Shown here: in pieces, positions 11,933-26,600 of the stretch
Layout: each line of letters begins with the position of its first letter
How positions within the stretch are numbered: position 1 is the first letter of the stretch
Assembly: GCA_002104945.1 (NCBI GenBank)
Contig: MCFH01000012.1
Location: 186,001-250,000, forward strand
Length of the DNA stretch: 64,000 nucleotides
Direction of reading: 5' to 3'
Origin: Piromyces finnis finn
Taxonomy: Eukaryota > Fungi > Neocallimastigomycota
The notes under the pieces: model-generated
What the model was told of the DNA's origin: nothing
Databases searched by the model: none
The model's input: the letters and a program-made list of their open reading frames with translations, nothing else
Translations under genes and position numbers: made by a program

Positions 11933-14652
11933 GTTTCAACGATAGCTAAGAGCTCTTTATCATATATTGGATAATTACGTTCAGGACCAGTAAGAGAGCG
12001 AGAAAAGAAAGCAACTGGATGGGTCATATTATCAATTGGAGAGACTTGCGAGAGAATAGCACCAATGGCAAAGTTACTTGAATCAGTTTCGACTATGAAT
12101 GGAAGTTCACGGTTAGGAAATATAAGAACAGGAGCAGAAACAAATAAGGACTTGAGTGAATCGAAAGCATCTTGAGCTTCTTTAGACCATACAAATTTAA
12201 CATTTTTCTTCAAAAGTTTATGCAAAGGATGAGCGATCTTTGCAAAATTTGGAATAAATCGACGGTAGTAGTTCGCAAGACCAAGAAAAGATTGAACCTC
12301 TTTAACATTAGATGGAGTAGGCCAGTTTAAAATAGAAGAAACTTTATTTGGGTCCATGTGAATACCATCAGTAGAAATCCTATGACCAAGGAAATCAATA
12401 AAAGAAACAAAGAACTCGCATTTTTCCAATTTAGCATAGAGCCCAGCATCCCTCAGGAGTTTCAAAACAGTTTTGACATGAGATATATGAGATTTATAAT
12501 CAGAGGAAAAAATAATAATATCATCTATGTAAGAGAAAGCGAATTTACCAAGAACGTCTTCAAGAACATCATTAATGAAATGTTGAAAAACAGCAGGTGC
12601 ATTTTTCAACCCAAAAGGCATCACACAGTATTCAAAATGACCTAACTTGCAAGTAAAAGCGGTTTTATATTCATCACCACTTTTAATCCTGACCAAGTTA
12701 TAGGCAGAACGAAGATCCAATTTTGAGAAAATCTTCCCTTTTCCAAGATGTTCAAGCATATCTTGTATAAGAGGAAGGGGATAAGAATCACGAATAGTTA
12801 TGGAGTTTAATTGGCGATAGTCAACACACATACGAAGTTGACCGTTTTTCTTAGGTACAAACAGAATAGGAGCTCCCGCAGGCGATTTTGATTTTCTAAT
12901 AAATCCTTTCTTGAGATTTTCTTTTATATATTCTTCTAAAGCAATTGATTCGGTTTCTGTTAGAGGATAAATCGGTCCATAAAACAGTTTTGAATTTTCT
13001 TTGAGTTTTATTTCACAATCGTATGGACGGTGTGGAGGAAGTTTTTCAGCATTAGATTCATTGAAGACATCAGCAAAGTCAGAGAGAACATCCGGAAGTA
13101 TAATAGAAGAATTGGGTTCTGATTTAGAGTTTGAATCGGATTTGAGAATAGAATTGGATTGAATATTAGAATCAGAAAAAGAAGTCAAAACAGAAGTTTG
13201 TTCTTGATTTGAGAGAGACGAAGTAGAAAAGTTAACAGAAGACTTCTTAGAAACAGAATTGTTAATATTTTTAGAAGAACCCGAACAGAGAATAGTACAA
13301 GTACGATTAGTTTCGTTTTGAGATTGGATGTTTTGTTTATCGACAAATATAGGGTAAGCGAGTGAATCATGCGGAGGTTCGTAAGAAGGATCTTCCATTG
13401 CAGGAAAAGCAGATCTTTCTTCAGGAAATTCAGGGACATTATTGGAGAGTGTTATACAACGATTATAACAGTAATCGGATACAAATGAAATTTTGTTCTT
13501 TGTGAAATCGATAGAAGGATTGTGTTCTTTAAGCCAGTCTATTCCAAGAATACAAGGATAATAAGGTAGATCAGTTACATAGAATTGTGTTCGACAGAGA
13601 TGATCTTTGTAGCGAAGATTCAAAGGAGATGTAATTCCAAAAAGAGATTGTCGACCACCGATACCAACGATATTTGGGAGGTTACCATCATCATGATAAG
13701 GAATGTTATTATCGTTACAGTAATCTACATCAATTAAATTAAGTTTGGATCCTGAGTCAATAAGAATATCCGTATTTAGTTCATAAGAAAGTTTAAATTT
13801 AGTTGTCATTTTATTATGAGTTTTGTTTTCTTCTTTAGGAGCGGATATAAGTGTGGGAATAGATATTAGTGAAGGATTTTCACGATCTTTATTCTTTCTT
13901 TTTGGACAATTATTAAGCTTATGACTTGAAGCACCACAATACACACAAAGATTTTCTTTCTTTCTTCTTTCCTTTTCTTCGTTTGAGATAGGGCCATGGT
14001 TATTCCTGTTTGTAATGGACTTTGTTATTTTTGAAGAGTGATGAAAAGATCTTTTCTTTCGGTTTTGGTCATTGTTTGAACCAGAAGGGAAAAAGGTATG
14101 GTGTGTAGATAATCTTGAATCGATTCTTGAAGCAATAGTCTGTAATGAAAGAAGATCCCTAGGACCCGGAAACATTTCCAAAATACGAACGGCAACTTGT
14201 TGATTAAGGCCAGCTATAAATGCATCCATTTTGGCTTGTTCATTCCAGTTTGATTCATCAGCATAGCGGTTAAATTCCAAGATATATCCTCTAATTCCTC
14301 CTAATCGGCGTTGTTTTAAGGTTCTAAGCATTTGATTTGCAACATAGGTAGCATCGTTATATCCATAAAAAGCCTTAAACCTGTCAACAAAAGCTTGGTA
14401 GTTATTAAGACACGGATCATGGTTGTTTATAAGAGTAGCAGCCCAATTCATAGCGTCCCCATAAAGTCTTGATATTATATAGAGAATTTTGGTTGCGTCG
14501 TCTTGATACCGTTCAGGATATAGCATAAACACTAGCTCCACCTTAGCTAAGAAACCCTTCAGATACCTGCGATCCCCTGCAAAACCATCCTTAAGAGTTG
14601 CGTTTTCGAAAATATTATTATTATCCATGTGGTTGTTTTCGTTCTCTTCCAT
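11635..14652 (-). CDS. gag-pol: Gag-protease-RT-RNase H (frameshifted at C-terminus)
   Basis: [14 protein letters not shown] knuckle, IDSGS protease, YIDD RT, ETDSS RNase H. The frame is lost at the duplication at 11901-11937. Confidence 0.93.
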   Translation of the reverse strand: MEENENNHMDNNNIFENATLKDGFAGDRRYLKGFLAKVELVFMLYPERYQDDATKILYIISRLYGDAMNWAATLINNHDPCLNNYQAFVDRFKAFYGYNDATYVANQMLRTLKQRRLGGIRGYILEFNRYADESNWNEQAKMDAFIAGLNQQVAVRILEMFPGPRDLLSLQTIASRIDSRLSTHHTFFPSGSNNDQNRKKRSFHHSSKITKSITNRNNHGPISNEEKERRKKENLCVYCGASSHKLNNCPKRKNKDRENPSLISIPTLISAPKEENKTHNKMTTKFKLSYELNTDILIDSGSKLNLIDVDYCNDNNIPYHDDGNLPNIVGIGGRQSLFGITSPLNLRYKDHLCRTQFYVTDLPYYPCILGIDWLKEHNPSIDFTKNKISFVSDYCYNRCITLSNNVPEFPEERSAFPAMEDPSYEPPHDSLAYPIFVDKQNIQSQNETNRTCTILCSGSSKNINNSVSKKSSVNFSTSSLSNQEQTSVLTSFSDSNIQSNSILKSDSNSKSEPNSSIILPDVLSDFADVFNESNAEKLPPHRPYDCEIKLKENSKLFYGPIYPLTETESIALEEYIKENLKKGFIRKSKSPAGAPILFVPKKNGQLRMCVDYRQLNSITIRDSYPLPLIQDMLEHLGKGKIFSKLDLRSAYNLVRIKSGDEYKTAFTCKLGHFEYCVMPFGLKNAPAVFQHFINDVLEDVLGKFAFSYIDDIIIFSSDYKSHISHVKTVLKLLRDAGLYAKLEKCEFFVSFIDFLGHRISTDGIHMDPNKVSSILNWPTPSNVKEVQSFLGLANYYRRFIPNFAKIAHPLHKLLKKNVKFVWSKEAQDAFDSLKSLFVSAPVLIFPNRELPFIVETDSSNFAIGAILSQVSPIDNMTHPVAFFSRSLTGPERNYPIYDKELLAIVETWRHLLKHGVIYLKALLLLLRFTRIIEIYSIKRNLKKCLNVLFAGLCFSLNLTLLLFIVLVLLTVSLMLYLVVLIMLSIRIPLLMFLLMFFALKTFVPL

Positions 14653-17600
14653 AGTACTTATGATGTTTTCTTTAATAAGCTTTAATAAATTTGTAAAAAT
14701 AATAGAATAAAGTATTTAATTATATTTATTAATTGAGTAAATCTTTTTATTAAATAATAATATAAACCAGATTATATAGTGTTAAACCATCAAATATATA
14801 ACCTGTTTTATTCTTTATAATAAGTCCTTCGTAGCTCTTCACGATAACACGTATAAAGTCGATTGTTAATATTAATTAAATTAATAAAAGAAAGGAACAG
14901 TGTAAAAATTTTTTTTAGTGTCTAACTTATTGTTAGCAATAAAAATTATTACAGGTTTTCTTTCCCTATATCAACCTTATCCGAACGTAGAAGTATTATG
15001 TATAAGAGTTTAACTTCTCACGCTAAAGGAGTTATAAAGAATATTATTTTATATTATTACAATTTTAATAAATTGTCTTAACAATTAATAATTATAATTA
15101 AAAATTAGAAATTGTTTTATTAGAAAACTTAATTTTAAAATGTATTAATTAAGAAATATTATTTTATTAAAGTAAGGCATTTCCGGCTATTTTCCGGTCT
15201 ATAATCAAACAGCAAAAGATAGTATACAACTATAAATCTCACGCCAGCTTGCTTATTACAGCGTCTTGTACGTGGTGTACCTCGGATTCTCCTACTTCCT
15301 TATTCAAAGTAGAATAGCTCAGAGCCTGCCAACCCAATTATTGTACAGGTTAAACTCGATCCCGTTAATCTTTTACTTTTTATAGTTTGAATTATATACC
15401 GCTTCTAAAGCGTACTAATTCTACTACTTTAAGTAAAAATATTTCTTTAAAGAAAAGCTTCAACAATAAAACTTAAAAGTTTTATCTATAACAATTTCTT
15501 AAACACTAAGGTATTAAGCTTTTATATTATAAGGAGATTTTATTGTAAAGAAATGTGTCTTTAACAATAAAACAAATTATAATATTTACTAAATAACTTA
15601 GTAATATTAACACTTTAAAATATTCTGTAAATTATTAATTTATAAAAATATCATTAAAAACACATAGAATTTAACTTAATAAGTTAGTGTTTAATAATAT
15701 AATTATTTATTAATAAAATCTCGATTCTTTAAAATATTTGGAAAATTCACTCGTATTTATACTAAAAATTTTTTAAATTAATTTATAAAATTTTTTCAAC
15801 TTAAAATTCTTAACCAATCAATAATCTTCATATAAAATAAAATTTAAAAATAAAATAAAATCATAATTTTTAAAATAGTATCTATGAGGTCTTGAACTAG
15901 TGTCATTCAGACTCAAAGTCTTAGCTACTAACCACTAAGACAATTTAGTTATTTCTAGTACTCGTTACATAAATAATAATTTTTTTCTTCAAAAGGTGTA
16001 TCCTTGTTTTGATTAATTAATAAATTAAGTATATTATGATTATTAAGTAATTCCGTTGGATCAATATTAAACTGTCCATTTTCATCCATTGAATTTGAAA
16101 AATATTCTAAAAAGGCAATTTGCGATAATGAATATAATGTTTTATACTTGTTATCGAGTTCTTTACCTTCTAATCCTCTTAAACTTGGAATAATATCTTT
16201 AATTGTTAATTCAACTTTTTCACCATTATTCATTACATTAATTTTCATTAATTCCTCTTTTCCTTCTTCATTTATTGTTTTTACTAATGTTCCATCAACA
16301 TTTCCTGCCACAAGTATTAATAATGATAATTTATCATATGTAATCTGTATCAAATTTGATGAATCAGTTGGTATCTTTTTGGCAACTTTATCAACAATTT
16401 CGACAATATTTTCATTATTTCTACTTGTAATCTTAATATTATTTATTAAATCACTTTTCATTTCTATTTTATTTAAAAATACATCACTTTCACTCGGCAA
16501 CTCTTTACTTTGATTTATAGTATCAATCAAATCATTATAATCTCCTATTAAATAAATAAGATTAATCGAATTCTGTTCAAGCTGGGTTTGTACGTCATTC
16601 AATCTTGTTTGTTCTCCTTTTGATTCAATTAATGATTTTATTTCATTAATTATATTTAATAAATTTTCATCTAATACAGGTTCTGTTGATTTTTTTATAC
16701 TTGTCTCCAGTCCTTTAAAGATATACTTTTTATTATCAGAAGAAATAAAATCATCCTTAATTAAATCTATTATATTTGTGTTTTCTAAACGTTCAAATTC
16801 AGGTACTCTCAAATTATTATTGTCGGGATTTAAATCAACATTAGATACCTCATCTCTATTAATTTTCCCTAATTTAATTCTAAGTGAATTATGTAAATAA
16901 TTGGTAATTTCACTGTTTAATACTGGCTTATCATTAAAGAAAATTTCAACTTTATTGGCTTCATTTAATTTTCTTAAATCGGAATCAATTCCTTCTAATT
17001 CTTCTAATTCACTACTGGATAGATTAGATAAATCTAGAGAATTAATTTGTTCCGTTAATTTCTTAATTGAATCAACCAAGTTTTCTGAGTTAAAAACTAT
17101 CGTTTTATGATCAATTTCTGATGAAATTTTACCCTCATTATATTTTACACCTAAACTAATACTTTTATCCTTATTTACTAGTTTGACAAGTTTTTCAACA
17201 CTTTTAATCAGGTTTTCTTTTCCTAACTTTGATTGTGCATCTAATAAATTTAAATCGCTTTCGGCATCATCAATATCATTTGTACCATATTTTTCAATAT
17301 ACATATTTTTAATTTTAATGTAATCATTCTTCATGTTTGTTATATCGTTTTCTGAAATATTATCCATACGTTTATCATCTACACATAATAGTTTAAAACT
17401 AAATTCAATTTTGAAATGTAGTCGTTACTTTCATCTTTATTTAGATTGTCGACAGATTTTTCAAAACTTTCAATCAATTTATTCCAAACGTCTTTTTCAT
17501 TAATGCCATTACCATCCAAATCATTATTGTCATTAATTTCTACACCTATACTCTTCAATGTATCAATATTTTGGTAAATTACATTTTCAATATCTACATC

Positions 17601-18800
17601 ATATCTTACTTTAGCACACGTTTTACATGTTAATTCTTGAAGTTTTATTAATGATCTTTTTTTACTTTCGGATATTTTTCCTCTATTGCAAGCATTACTT
17701 ATTCCCAAATGGTTAATATACCTATAAGATTTATCTATGTATGGTTGATGTTTATTATCAAAAGATACAAGTTTTAATGTTTGATCCAAGAATGTCTTAT
17801 CCACGTCCAATAGCAGAATATGCTGGTTAATTAAGGACATCTTCATTTTTATCATAGGCACTTTTGGAAATAAAACTATCATCAAAATATAAACTTGAAA
17901 TTAGAATTTTAACAATATCATGAAGTTCATAAGTAGTTATATTGCCAATTTGAATATCTATATTAATATTTAAAAGTGTTTCCAATGTAATTAAAAGAAG
18001 ATTCCTAGCATGAATATCGAAATTAGTATATTCTTCTTGTTCCGTTAAATACCATCTATTAAGTAAAGCAGTAACTAATAATTGGATAGTAGTGTTTTCA
18101 TTCGATTTAACAAGTTGACTTTTTTCATCTTCACTTTTTATTTCAAACTCACTATTACGTTTAATTAATTAATTTTCAATTACTGAAAAATCAACTTATG
18201 TAATTTCGTTATCATATATATTAAGATTATAACTTGTGGCATTAAATGAATCTTTTTCTAATCCTCTAATAAAACTTGAATAGTATTGTGCAACTTTATA
18301 TTCAAAATTGGAATTACTTTCAACCGCGCCAACCTCATTTCAAATTAAATTTAAAAATAAAATAAAAATAAAATAAAAATCCATTTCGTATTAATGTATA
18401 AATATATATATATAATATATGTATATATATTTTTTAGGATAACTTTTATTTTTTATATAAATATTCTTTTAAATCTACTTAAAAAATAATTAGCAAAAAT
18501 AGACCAATATAATCAAAATTAAGTTATATTAATGAACTTAAAGATGGATTATATATGAAAATAAATATAATTTATATTTATTTTATTTGTTTAATTTTGA
18601 TTTTTTTTTTGTATATTTTCCCTTTTTATTATTTTTTATTATTTTTATTATTTCTTTTTTCTAATAAATATAAATATATTAAAAAAATAAAAAATCATTT
18701 TTTTATTTATAAAATGTTTTTTTTACTATTTTTTGAAATAGAAAAAATCATATAAAAATATTTAAATAAAAATCTTAGAAAATTTAGATATTAATATACC

Positions 18801-21800
18801 ATGTATTTATTTAGTGTACTCTTTGTTTTGCTGTTACTAAGTAGTATCAACGCAGCAGAAAATGAAAATGAAAATTACAGCATATGTTCATTTTTGTAAT
18901 GAGGTATATCTAATGATAAGGGTTAGACTAGAAAATCATTAAGGTTAGATTAATGAAAATTTCATAATTATATTTTTATAACCAATCATTAAGTAATTAA
19001 TTCACTTATCAAATTGTATTAAAAAAAATAATTTTCATGTATAAAAGAGAGAATAAGAAAGATAAAATAGTTCTTTAGTGTTTTTATTAATAATTAATAA
19101 AAATTAGTTTCTTTTGTTTCGTCTTTAGTTTGATAATACACTGATCTAGCGAGTTAGTCGTATTATAATAATAAATTTAATAAATAAACATTATTAAAAA
19201 AAATATATATTTGATTACATTAGAGTGTGTGTGTTAATTATTATAATATTTCGTTACAATTTTCAAAAAATGGGGTATATCAATTTACAAATGAAAATAA
19301 TTATACACTATATGACTTCGCTAATTTAATTGGTCCTTCATGGTTAGGACATATGTATTGTTGTGACGGTTTACCAGACATATCAATCAAGGAAATTGAA
19401 ATTGTTGACTTTCTAGGAAATAAACGAATGTTATCAAGAGATAAAAATAAATTATCAAAGAGACAAAATTCATTTGAAGTTTTAAATGCTAAAAATAAAG
19501 AAGATATTTATAATGACTATATAAAAAGACCATTAAAGTGCCATCCTTTACTTGGAAATAATGAAATTTCAAGTCCTTATTCTGAAATATTTACAGGAAG
19601 AAAGAAAATTAATTTCCGTGAAGGTTATGGCTTACCTAAAATTGCTTTTGATTCTGCTTTGACATGCTATTCCGGAAGTAAATGTACAAGACAAGTTACA
19701 GTTGGTGTTACTCTTACTGATTCAAAATCTTACTCTGTATCTAATGGTTACTCAAATTCTTTTTCTGTAAATGAAGGCAAATCCACTTCTAATGGCATTG
19801 ATGTCTCTCTTGCAAAGTCAATATCAGATACACTTGAAATTAGTCATGAACACTCCGTAACTGAAGAACAAAATGGTAACGAGTCATGGGATATCAGTCG
19901 TTCATTAACCCCGACAGTAGAACATAGTACAGGTTATACTTATGCTAAAACAATTAATGAAGAAGACACTAATACATAAAGTCAGGAAAAATCCACATCC
20001 GAAACTTGGACAACAAATTCTTCAACAACAATTACAAACGGTTCTGAACATACTAAGAGTTATTCTAAGGATAAATCAACTAATACCTGTGGTACACTTG
20101 GAGTCACTATTGGATCTAGTACTACTAATGGTACTACTAATTCAACTGATTCTGGATTTCAGTATGGATTTGAAGAACATGCTCAGGCTAGTTTCTTCGG
20201 ATTTGCTGAAGGTGATGGTAGTGCAAACCAAAATTGGAATAGTAATAAATCAACGTCATTCGAAAAATCGCATACTTCAAATTTAGATATAAATGCTTCC
20301 AGTGAAAAATGTACTTTCTGATACTAGGTCATGGAATGAAGCTACTACAGAAGAAAATGGTTACAATAAATCTGATACAGTCACTAAAGGTGTTAGTAAA
20401 TCACATACAAGTGGTCATTCCAAAACAGATACTTATGAATCTTCAAGATCTGATAGTACCTCGGATGCTGTAACTAATTCTTATAGTAGCTCTGAAGGAT
20501 GGTCAAAATCAAATTCAGATTCTGTTGGTAATAGTTTCAGTCATAATTTCGGATCAACAAATACTTATTCTACATCAAATACATATTCCACGGATTATTC
20601 TGAATCTATGGAAAAGGCAATGGATTATAGCAATTCTAATTCTACCGAAACTACTGAAAGTCGCTCCTTTTCACAAGAAATGGGATTTGACGTAGAAGCA
20701 GGCAAAACCGTTCATATTTATGCAAAGTCTAGAATTTCTTCAGTTGTCATATCATGGATTTGTGGACTTGATGATGATTCCGGTAAGCATGGTACCAATT
20801 TAGATTTTTACATTTCAGAATACAATCGTAATATATTATATTTCAACAGAGCAAATATTACATATGTCCCTATTGAGAATATCGATGAGGTATCTAGTTT
20901 TACTCCAATTAACGAAGGAATTACTACAGGTACAGAATGGTATTACGATATATCATATGATGAATATCCTAACAAATTGAAAACAGGCCAAATATTATAT
21001 AATGATAATACCGACAATAATTATTTAGCCTTAAAGAATTGCTATCATTTGACTCTTGAACCTAGTGGTAATTTGAAAATTCATAAATCAAATTATAATA
21101 CACCTGTTTGGGAAACACATACAAGTTTTATTAAGAAAATGAGTAAAACCGCAAAAGCTAGATTAATCGTAACAACAAATGGACATCTTAAAATTGAAGC
21201 CACCCATATACTTGATGATTCTACAAGGAATAGTAAGGGATAGTGATGATGATTGGATAACTATTTGTGATTCCCTTCCTATTAACCTTCAATATACAGT
21301 CGGTGTTTCGAATAAACAAAGTAAATACACCTTGGTATTACGTGATGCAACTGTTGGTAAAGAACCACGAATTGAATTATATGATGAATACTATGTTATG
21401 ATTTGGTCCTCTGTTAGAATTTATAATGATAAATATAATGAGAATGTTCCAAATCCTCATTACATAGGCTATATCTGTCCAGAAAACTATCAAGTCCCAA
21501 CTAAATCCGAAGTTGAAACAATATATCAGCCAAATGATATGCACAATCAATTAGATGAATCGATTAAATATATTTATACGGAATCTTATATACAACCCTT
21601 GGATTCATGTTCTCCATTTTTGGTCTCGGGAACCGGAATTAAATCGGCAAATGGAAGATTTAAAATATATTTAACAAATACTGGAAATTTAATAATGAAA
21701 GATGGATCCAGTACCATGTAGGAATCAAAAACTGCCAATATGTATTATGCTAAGCCTCCATATGAACTCTTTATCGATAATTCTGGAGAATTAGTTATAA

Positions 21801-23335
21801 GAGATGGTGAAAAACATGTATTATGGACTTCTGTAGTATCTGAAAAAATTATATCGACTCATTATCAACCCTATACATTTTCTATTAGTGATGAAGGTGA
21901 ATACAATGTTCTTGGTAGTTTAATGCCTCATTGTTCTGAATTCAATAAATGTGAATTACTGAAAGGTATTTACACATTTGTTCAAGCTCTTGATACTTAT
22001 TTATGTTTTAATGCCGAAAAAAAAGCGATAAATCTTGATGACTATTATTGTTACGAAGATGTTGAATGTACAGCCAAATATAAAAATACTGAAATACCTT
22101 GTTGTTCAGATAATTATAAAGTTTATGATAAAGAATATTATCTTGGATGGGATTACAATACCGATAAGATATGTTCCTATAAAAGAGATCATTATAAAAC
22201 AGTCATAAAAATTAAACATAATAATGAAAATGAAAATTCATCAAGTACTCTATCAAATTCTTCTAGTATATCAATATCTTCAACTACCACAGTAGCTGCA
22301 ACAATTACTACTGCACTTACTGTAGAATCTAATAGCATACCAATTAATTCAATTACCACAACACATACCAATAAATACAGTACTACTACTACTACTACAC
22401 CAATTAACTCAATTACATCCAATACTACAATACCATCACCTACATCAGCTGTTGATAATGATAAAGATGGATATATTATTGTTGATGATAGTTTCTGCGA
22501 AGATGGAATTGCTGGTTATGAATTTAATGATGATTTTTATATAACTTCAAATTCACAAAATTATTTCAATAACGGAGAATATGATAAAAGAGATACGATA
22601 TATGATGAAAATGTTAAAGATGAAAATATCTATACCGACAAACAAGGAAACGAATTTATTTATGATAAAAATAACAGATTAATTAATGCTCATTTAAAAA
22701 ATTCTATTTGTAAATACGGTATTAGTATTAGAAATAATGTTGTTCTTTGTGCTAATGAAATGCTTGAAGATCGATTAAGTTATTCTAGAAAACTTCAAAA
22801 ATCCCTAAAAGAATTAAGAGAAAACCAATCTAAAAATAAAAAGAGATCGGAAACCACTATCGAAATATGGAATTCAAGACCAAGTACTGGTTTAAGAGAA
22901 ACAATGTATTACTTCGAACCTATAAAATTTATATACAAACATTGCGCTGAATGTTTCAGACAATTGGTCATCAATTTTATTTATAATGAAAAAAATTATT
23001 ATTTCGATACATTATATAAATATGATTCCATGTTTAATGATGATGGTACTCGTTCATTATTTGTTAACGATACAGGATTATGGTATAGAGAACACTCCAT
23101 GGTTGGTAATCAACTAAGAGAATACGAATCAAGTGTTTATGAAAATAAGGAGAAAAATATTGATAGAGTTCAAATATTAGATGATGGTTTACTCAAAATT
23201 ATTTTTACAGATACTTCATCTGTTCATATCGGTAACGTTTCCAAAAATAAAGATTCATTATTTAGTTTTGGATTTGATGAAAATAACATCTTATCTATTA
23301 AAGATGAAAATAAAAATACATTATGGACTATTTAA
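18801..23335 (+). pseudogene. large secreted protein: S/T-rich aerolysin/ETX-MTX2-like region, bulb-type (B) lectin repeats, fungal dockerin-like module, T-rich linker
   Basis: Signal peptide MYLFSVLFVLLLLSSINA at 18801. Probable GT..AG intron 18904-19223. ORFs 19227-19979, 20293-21243, 21179-21721 and 21740-23335 are linked by in-frame stops or single frameshifts. LTLEPSGNLKIH..PVWET, LTNTGNLIMKD and IDNSGELVIRD..VLWTS are B-lectin-like. C..PCC..VY.D...GW...C (~22064-22180) is dockerin-like. Confidence 0.6.
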
Positions 23336-23613
23336 AAAATAAAAATATTTGTAATTTTTTTATATTATTTTATTTAAAATTTAAAGTAAAATAAAAAGAG
23401 TTTTAAAAAATTTTAAAAATTTCAATTTTAAAGCATTATTTTTTAATATTATTGTTTTTTATTCATTCATATTTAATTAATTTATATTTATATTATAGGC
23501 ATTAATTATAGTAAATATTTTAATAATATTATTATTCTTTCTTTTTTAGATTTTGTTAAAAAAGAAACTTTTTATCATTTTTTTTTATTTTTTATATACT
23601 ATAATATAAATAT

Positions 23614-23643
23614 TGTAAAGATATAAAATATATCTTTAAATTA
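23614..23643 (+). repeat. first 30 bp of a family-A LTR (insertion target)
   Basis: TGTAAAGATATAAAATATATCTTTAAATTA lies directly before the LTR at 23644. Confidence 0.6.
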
Positions 23644-26600
23644 TGTAAAAGTATAAAATTTAAAACAGATTTTATACTTAAAACAAAACAATTTTTATTA
23701 ACACAAAAAATAAAAAAATAAAACATTAACTTTTTATTTTAAGAAAACATTTTATTTAAACTCTTAAAAATATTATTAACTATATAATAGTTAATAATTA
23801 AAAAATTGAAAATAACAATTACATCGATTTAATAAACAAAAATTACATGTATTTATATTTTTTCATAATTATATTCTAATATATTATTCTATTTAAATAA
23901 ACATATATTTAATATAAAATAAACAAAACTAATTTAATTAAATAATAAAATAACAGAACTAAACTAAACTAATTCATTATACTTTTAATTCAATTTGAGT
24001 AAACTCAAAATTGAATAAAGCCCATGTATTTTCTATAAATTAATTTAATATTATCAATACTATTCTTAATATATTTCCTATTGAAATATAAATAAATCTA
24101 TTTTTAAAACTAAGTTAAAATTATTAAACTATTCTAAATTTAAATAAAAAAGTATAATCTATTCTAAAATTAAATAAAAAGTATTTAAAAAAATATTTTA
24201 ATTATTTAAAATATTTGAAATATTTAAATTTAATTAAAATTCTTTTATTCCTTAAATTTAAATATTTATCTTAATTTAAATTTAACGGAATTATTATAAA
24301 ATAATTTATTATTAAATTATTCCATAAAACTTATTCAAAAATTTTATAATCAGTTTTACTAAATATTAATTTATTATTTAATAATTAATAATTAATTATT
24401 AAATAATCTAAAGATATATCTTATATCTTTAAAATCTCGCCCTTTAAGTCGAGCTCCTGTGAGATTATTTTCTTGAATAAATTTAGATAACAAATGGTTA
24501 CTACTTTTTCTAAATCATAACATTGTTAAAAAAATATATAAAGTATTTAATTTATTTATACTCTTATTATCATTCTTGTTATACATAATTCTAATAATTT
24601 ATCTAAAACTTAATCATCAAGAATCCATTTGTTTTTATATTCAGATTATGGTTATTTATAAATTAGTTTTCTATTAACATTTTTTATTTAAGAATTCAAA
24701 ACAAAACATTTACATAAGTTTCAAATTTTTATTTATTCAATTCTTCTTGATCATCATGACTTTTATAATCTTCTTATGCATGATCAAAATTCTATTTTAC
24801 AATTTTAATACTTTTTATTAATACTTATAATAATCTGTTCAACTTTCTTTGATTTATTAGCTGAAGAAATTTCAATATTAAATTTTAAATTAAATCCATA
24901 GTTTGTATAAAATTGAAATTGATTGATTGATTACAATAAAATATTATAAGTAGATTCCAATATAACAATCAATTCGATTTTATTAACCAACGGAGATATT
25001 GGAACAATATCTCGTTCACCCTCTCATTTAAATGAAAAGTCTGTGATAAAATTTATATTAAATATATCAAACAGACAATTCTAAAATTATAAAGAAAATA
25101 GCATTTAAAGAGTATTAAATGTTTTTTATTATTGTACAAACTTTAAACCAAGTGGAACTTATTTTTTTTTAAAGGTTATTATTAAGCAAATAAATATAAC
25201 AAAATTCTTAGTAATAAAATATTTGTAAAGAAAATTAACATTCATTAATAATAATGGAAAAACATCATTCAATAATTATATTAACTATACCACTATTTTT
25301 TTTTAATCTTATTATTAAATAAACAAAAGTGGTATCAAGTCATCAAGTAAATACTATAATTTAATTAACAAATTTATCATTTTTAGACGTTTTTAAAATA
25401 CTTTTAGCATATTTATAATTCTCTTTTATTTTATAATTTATCAATATATGGTATTATAAAATTATTTCTTTTTTAAAAATTTAACAATGAATTCATAAAT
25501 TTAAATATCATCAATAAAACATCACAGAATTGATATAAACATATACATAATGTTGTACTAAATATTATTAATTATAAAGTAATTAAAATACTTCATCAAA
25601 AGCATCACTTAAAATATTAAAATAGAGCTGATACATTTTTGAATAAAAGGTATGATAATAAATTAAAAATGCCATATAAAGATTAAAGCAATTTTAAATT
25701 CATCACCTTATTTAATTATTACTAAGCTATTGATATATTTAAATTTAGTTTAAAAACATATTTCACTCCATTTATCTTATTTATTGATTAAAGGAATATA
25801 TGAATTTCAATAATTATATCATTTAATTTCCTACAGTCAATATATAGTAATTATAATTATCAATCTCATTATACTTCCATTAAAAAGAATTGTATAAAGA
25901 TTAAAATCTTTTTTTTTTCCTTTATAAAGTTCGTTTTATTAAGTACATAAAAACTATTCATTTATTAAAAACTCTTATAATTATTATACATATTACATTA
26001 ATTTATATTTGTTTTATTCATTATATTTATTACATTTATCATATTTATTAACTTATTCTATTTATTAATTTATTCTATTTATTACATTTATCATATTTAT
26101 TAACTTACTCTATTTATTAATTTATTCTATTTATTACATTTTATTATATTTTTTTTTCATTTGTTGTATTTATTAATTCTATTTATTTTTTAATTATTAT
26201 TAATACTAACTATTATATTATCAAATTGTTACTATTACTAAAACTATTTTCATTAATTTCTATTATAGCTATTTCTAATTCTACAATACTAATACATTAC
26301 AATCATATTTATTTTTTAAATTACATTTATTATAATCAAAATTATTTAGATAACATTATTTTCCATAGGACGAATGTACTTAACATTTTGTTATAATCCT
26401 CCACAATTCAGTAATTCATTAAGTTTCTTTTTAAAACATTGGAATTTTCAAATTTATTATTTTCATTACTGAATTGTTCTTCTTTCTTGATTCTTTTTAT
26501 TTTCATTTTATTCTTTATAAAATCAAGATAAATGAAATTAAGAACAGATCCAGAATAGATTAATTTTCTAGCTCTGATTTCACTACCATCATATTATTAA

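Larger units (their letters stand above)
9456..15969 (-). mobile_element. Ty3/gypsy chromovirus-type LTR retrotransposon E1 (family B)
   Basis: 426-bp LTRs at 9456-9881 and 15544-15969 (one mismatch seen). TSD TAAAT. Polypurine tract GGAGGAGGA next to the 3' LTR. Gag-PR-RT-RH-IN-chromodomain order. Confidence 0.97.
6221..18384 (-). pseudogene. giant (~1900 aa) secreted protein of unknown function, disrupted
   Basis: ATG at 18384 gives MDFYFIFILFLNLI*NEVGA (signal-peptide-like, with an in-frame stop). The frame continues through ORFs 17379-17885 and 15955-17367, rejoins in frame across the retrotransposon (..EEKNYY|LSSNTDF..) into 8161-9450, then passes a frameshift into 6221-8185. Contains a Kex2-like LRKR|A site. 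Confidence 0.6.

Noticed and set aside
10065-13439. Short + strand ORFs and the 13185-13439 overlap within E1 (and mirrored ORFs in E2, E3, E5, E7)
   Set aside because: Antisense or alternate-frame shadows of gag-pol with no recognisable motifs.
18555-18755. 66-aa hydrophobic ORF
   Set aside because: Low-complexity AT-rich intergenic DNA between the two divergent genes.
26027-26140. ~52-bp AT-rich tandem duplication
   Set aside because: Ordinary slippage in low-complexity DNA.
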